Position numbers and translations under genes: made by a program | The notes under the pieces: generated by a model | Databases searched by the model: none | The model's input: the letters and a program-made list of their open reading frames with translations, nothing else | What the model was told of the DNA's origin: nothing | Shown: piece by piece, positions 61,514-64,000 of the stretch | Position numbering within the stretch: the stretch's first letter is position 1 | How the letters are laid out: the number at the start of each line of letters is the position of its first letter | NCBI GenBank assembly: GCA_029838195.1 | Contig: JALGVJ010000018.1 | Span: forward strand, 10,204-74,203 | Origin: Promethearchaeota archaeon | GTDB lineage: Archaea; Asgardarchaeota; Lokiarchaeia; Sigyniarchaeales; SOKP01 | DNA length: 64,000 nt | Direction: 5' to 3'

Positions 61514-61917
61514 ATGTCTATCATAGAAAACTTAAAGAAAATATTTAATGAGCTCAAAGGCATTTTACAAGGAAATTATAAAAGTTTTTTCGAAACTGAG
61601 CAATATATTGGGTTAAAAGCCCAAAGTCAAAAGCCTTCTTATCATTTATATGGAATTAAAAAAGGTAGCCTATTTAGTAAGAAACCCCAATAAACACGCA
61701 CGGCGGGTGTCATTCTGCAGAAAAATTAAGTGAGTTTTTATTTTTCGCCTATATATTCCCATCCCGACTCATTCAAGGATATTTCGCCCGAATTAAAAAA
61801 TGGTTAAAAGGAAAATCGTGCTTCAATCTTAAAAAAACCACGCCTTCTCTTTTAAAAGAAATGAAAACAATGTTGGAAAAAGGGATTACCCTTTATAAAG
61901 AATTAGGATGGATTTAA
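61514..61917 (+). pseudogene. DUF1801/YdhG-like pseudogene
   Basis: Manual translation gives ...GVILQKN*VSFYFSPIYSHP...ISPELK/KWLKGKSCFNLK...LYKELGWI, with two in-frame TAA codons and one frameshift. Confidence 0.75.
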
Positions 61918-62119
61918 TTAACACGTGTATGACATTGCTTTCCTCTAAACCTCTTTTTTGTTAGCTTCTAAAATTTTGCCCTTGAAATTTCTTATAAGAA
62001 AATTTAAACATCCCTTTTTTAAATTAAACTCATTTTAAATTGAGCCACATATTTAAAATTTATTAATAGGTACAGCATTATAATATCAATAAATATTTAA
62101 CAGAATAGAGGGGAAAAAT

Positions 62120-62911
62120 TTGGAGTATGAAGATATAATTTTCGAGATTGAAGGAAAATTGGCCCGAATTACTATTAATCGTCCTCACAGATATAATGCA
62201 TGCACGCAACAAACAGTTCATGAATTAATTGATGCTTTTAATAGATGTTGGGATAATGAAATTGGTGTTGTAGTTTTTACGGGTGCTGGAGATAAGGCAT
62301 TTTGTACAGGTGGCGATCAAACCACGAGAGAAAAAGGAGGATATAAAGGCGAATATAAATTACCCTTAGAGGTAGGATGGCAACACGTCACGCATCAAAT
62401 TCGCACGTTGCCTAAACCCGTAATTGCCCGAGTAAATGGATATGCAATTGGAGGCGGACATGTGTGGCATGTGACATGCGATTTGAGCATAGCAGCTGAG
62501 CATGCCCAATTCGGTCAAGCTGGTCCGCGCGTGGGCTCTTTCGACCCTGGCTATGGAACGGGGGACTTAATGAGAACCGTGGGTATTAAAAGAGCAAAAG
62601 AAATATGGTTTTTATGTCGGAGATATACGGCTCAACAAGCATTAAAGATGGGGTTAGTAAATCAGGTAGTGCCGTATGAAAAATTAGACGAAGAAGTAAA
62701 TAAATGGTGCGAAGAGCTTTTAGAAAAGAGTCCAACGGCCTTAAAAATGTTAAAATATGCATTTTTAGCTGAAACAGATGGTGCCACAGGTGCCACGCAA
62801 TTAGGCGTGGGAGGTTTATCATTATATTATGAAACCGACGAGGCGGTGGAGGGTAAGAATGCCTTTTTAGATAAAAGAAAGCCAAATTTCAATCAATTTA
62901 GAAGGGGGTAA
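62120..62911 (+). CDS. crotonase of the MenB/BadI family
   Basis: INRP, AFCTGGDQ, GYAIGGG, GPRVGSFDPGYG and KSPTA. Confidence 0.88.
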   Translation: MEYEDIIFEIEGKLARITINRPHRYNACTQQTVHELIDAFNRCWDNEIGVVVFTGAGDKAFCTGGDQTTREKGGYKGEYKLPLEVGWQHVTHQIRTLPKPVIARVNGYAIGGGHVWHVTCDLSIAAEHAQFGQAGPRVGSFDPGYGTGDLMRTVGIKRAKEIWFLCRRYTAQQALKMGLVNQVVPYEKLDEEVNKWCEELLEKSPTALKMLKYAFLAETDGATGATQLGVGGLSLYYETDEAVEGKNAFLDKRKPNFNQFRRG

Positions 62912-62916
62912 TTAAA

Positions 62917-63768
62917 ATGGAGATAAAAAAAACATGCGTGCTGGGAGCGGGTACAATGGGTTCCGGCATTGCCCAATTAATCGCGTCTCACGGCTTTACG
63001 GTCCATTTAGTAGATTTAAACATGGAAATTTTAAATAGAGCAAAAGAGAAAATAAAACGAGATATTGAAAATTTCTTGGTTAAGAAAGACAAGATTTCCC
63101 GAGAACAAGCGGGCGATATTTTAAATCGAATCCTTTTGTTTGAAAACAGGGATGAAGCCATTAAAGGAGTTGACATGGTTATCGAAGCGATATTTGAAGA
63201 CATGGAATTAAAGAAAGGAATGTTTCGTGATTTAGATCAAAAATGTGATAAGAAGGTCATTTTAGCAAGCAATACTTCCTCTTTAAGCATTACTGAGATT
63301 GCTTCAGAAGCTACTCATCCAGAAAGAATTATTGGATTACATTTTTTTAATCCTGCTCCAATAATGAAACTCATCGAATTAATTAAAGGGATGAATACAT
63401 CGGAAGAGACTTTAAACACTACGAAAAATTTTGCTGAACAATTAAATAAGGTCGTAGTAATAGTAAATGATTCTCCCGGCTTCGTGACAACACGGCTCAT
63501 CTATGTGTTATGTAATGAAGCAATTAATATTTTAAGGGAAGGAGTCGCGAGCGTTGAGGAAATAGATACTGCGTGTAAATTAGCTTTCAATTTTCCCATG
63601 GGGCCATTAGAACTATCTGATTTAGTATCCAATGAAATATATTTGCATATTGGGGAATACCTAACAAAAGAATTGGGATCTAAATATTTACCCAGTCCCT
63701 TATTGAAACAAATGGTTAATGCGGGTCTTTTAGGAAGGAAAACCAAAAAAGGATTTTATAAGTATTAA
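62917..63768 (+). CDS. 3-hydroxyacyl-CoA dehydrogenase
   Basis: GAGTMG, IEAIFE, SNTSSL, HFFNP, PMGPL and GRKTKKGFY. Confidence 0.95.
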   Translation: MEIKKTCVLGAGTMGSGIAQLIASHGFTVHLVDLNMEILNRAKEKIKRDIENFLVKKDKISREQAGDILNRILLFENRDEAIKGVDMVIEAIFEDMELKKGMFRDLDQKCDKKVILASNTSSLSITEIASEATHPERIIGLHFFNPAPIMKLIELIKGMNTSEETLNTTKNFAEQLNKVVVIVNDSPGFVTTRLIYVLCNEAINILREGVASVEEIDTACKLAFNFPMGPLELSDLVSNEIYLHIGEYLTKELGSKYLPSPLLKQMVNAGLLGRKTKKGFYKY

Positions 63769-64000
63769 AATATTTATTTTATTTTTTTTTTTCCTTGATA
63801 TAATTCATTTTATCATGTAATGCAAAAAATCCTTTGGAAATGCATTCCTAATAAATGCAGTCATTACGGGGCATTCAAGCCACGCCATTTATTTTGGTTC
63901 CCATCTCTTTGGAAGAAACCTGTAAAAAAAATTGGCAGGACGGTGAATGAGTTGAAACCCTCCCAGCTCAAAAATCACTAGGCCGCCGCACATTGGTAAG

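Noticed and set aside
1553-63746. Many short ORFs antisense to or nested in long genes (e.g. 5296..5580, 37143..37574, 60667..61008)
   Set aside because: Shadow frames of well-supported genes, with no motifs of their own.
63790-64000. Possible 3' end of a minus-strand gene at the window edge
   Set aside because: Only about 36 open codons, with no recognisable motif.
1-64000. CRISPR arrays, rRNA genes, transposases, integrases or prophage at the tRNAs
   Set aside because: No regularly spaced repeats, no duplicated tRNA 3' ends and no recombinase motifs were seen.

Overview
AT-rich archaeal chromosomal window, most likely from an Asgard archaeon (Lokiarchaeia-like). The evidence is a gelsolin-like gene, a Rab-like GTPase, an EF-2 paralog without the diphthamide motif, ITPK1-like kinases, aCPSF1/FttA, a proteasome beta subunit and BHB-intron tRNAs. 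Main blocks: (1) an inositol-phosphate locus with three ITPK1-like ATP-grasp genes and ino1, followed by a large GH38/57-like protein, a Zn dehydrogenase, two MFS paralogs, a histidine kinase module and a fourth ITPK1-like gene; (2) a nine-gene A/V-type ATPase operon in the order K-C-H-F-E-A-B-D-I; (3) information-processing genes (aEF-2p, aCPSF1, tRNA-Gly with a non-canonical D-loop intron, tRNA-Gln with a canonical intron); (4) a 786-aa protein with Zn fingers, DDRGK1/UFL1-like winged-helix repeats and an appendage-like C-terminus; (5) sugar and acyl-CoA catabolic genes. Three pseudogenes are visible. No CRISPR array, rRNA or transposase was seen. All protein calls come from motif recognition by eye, not from database searches.
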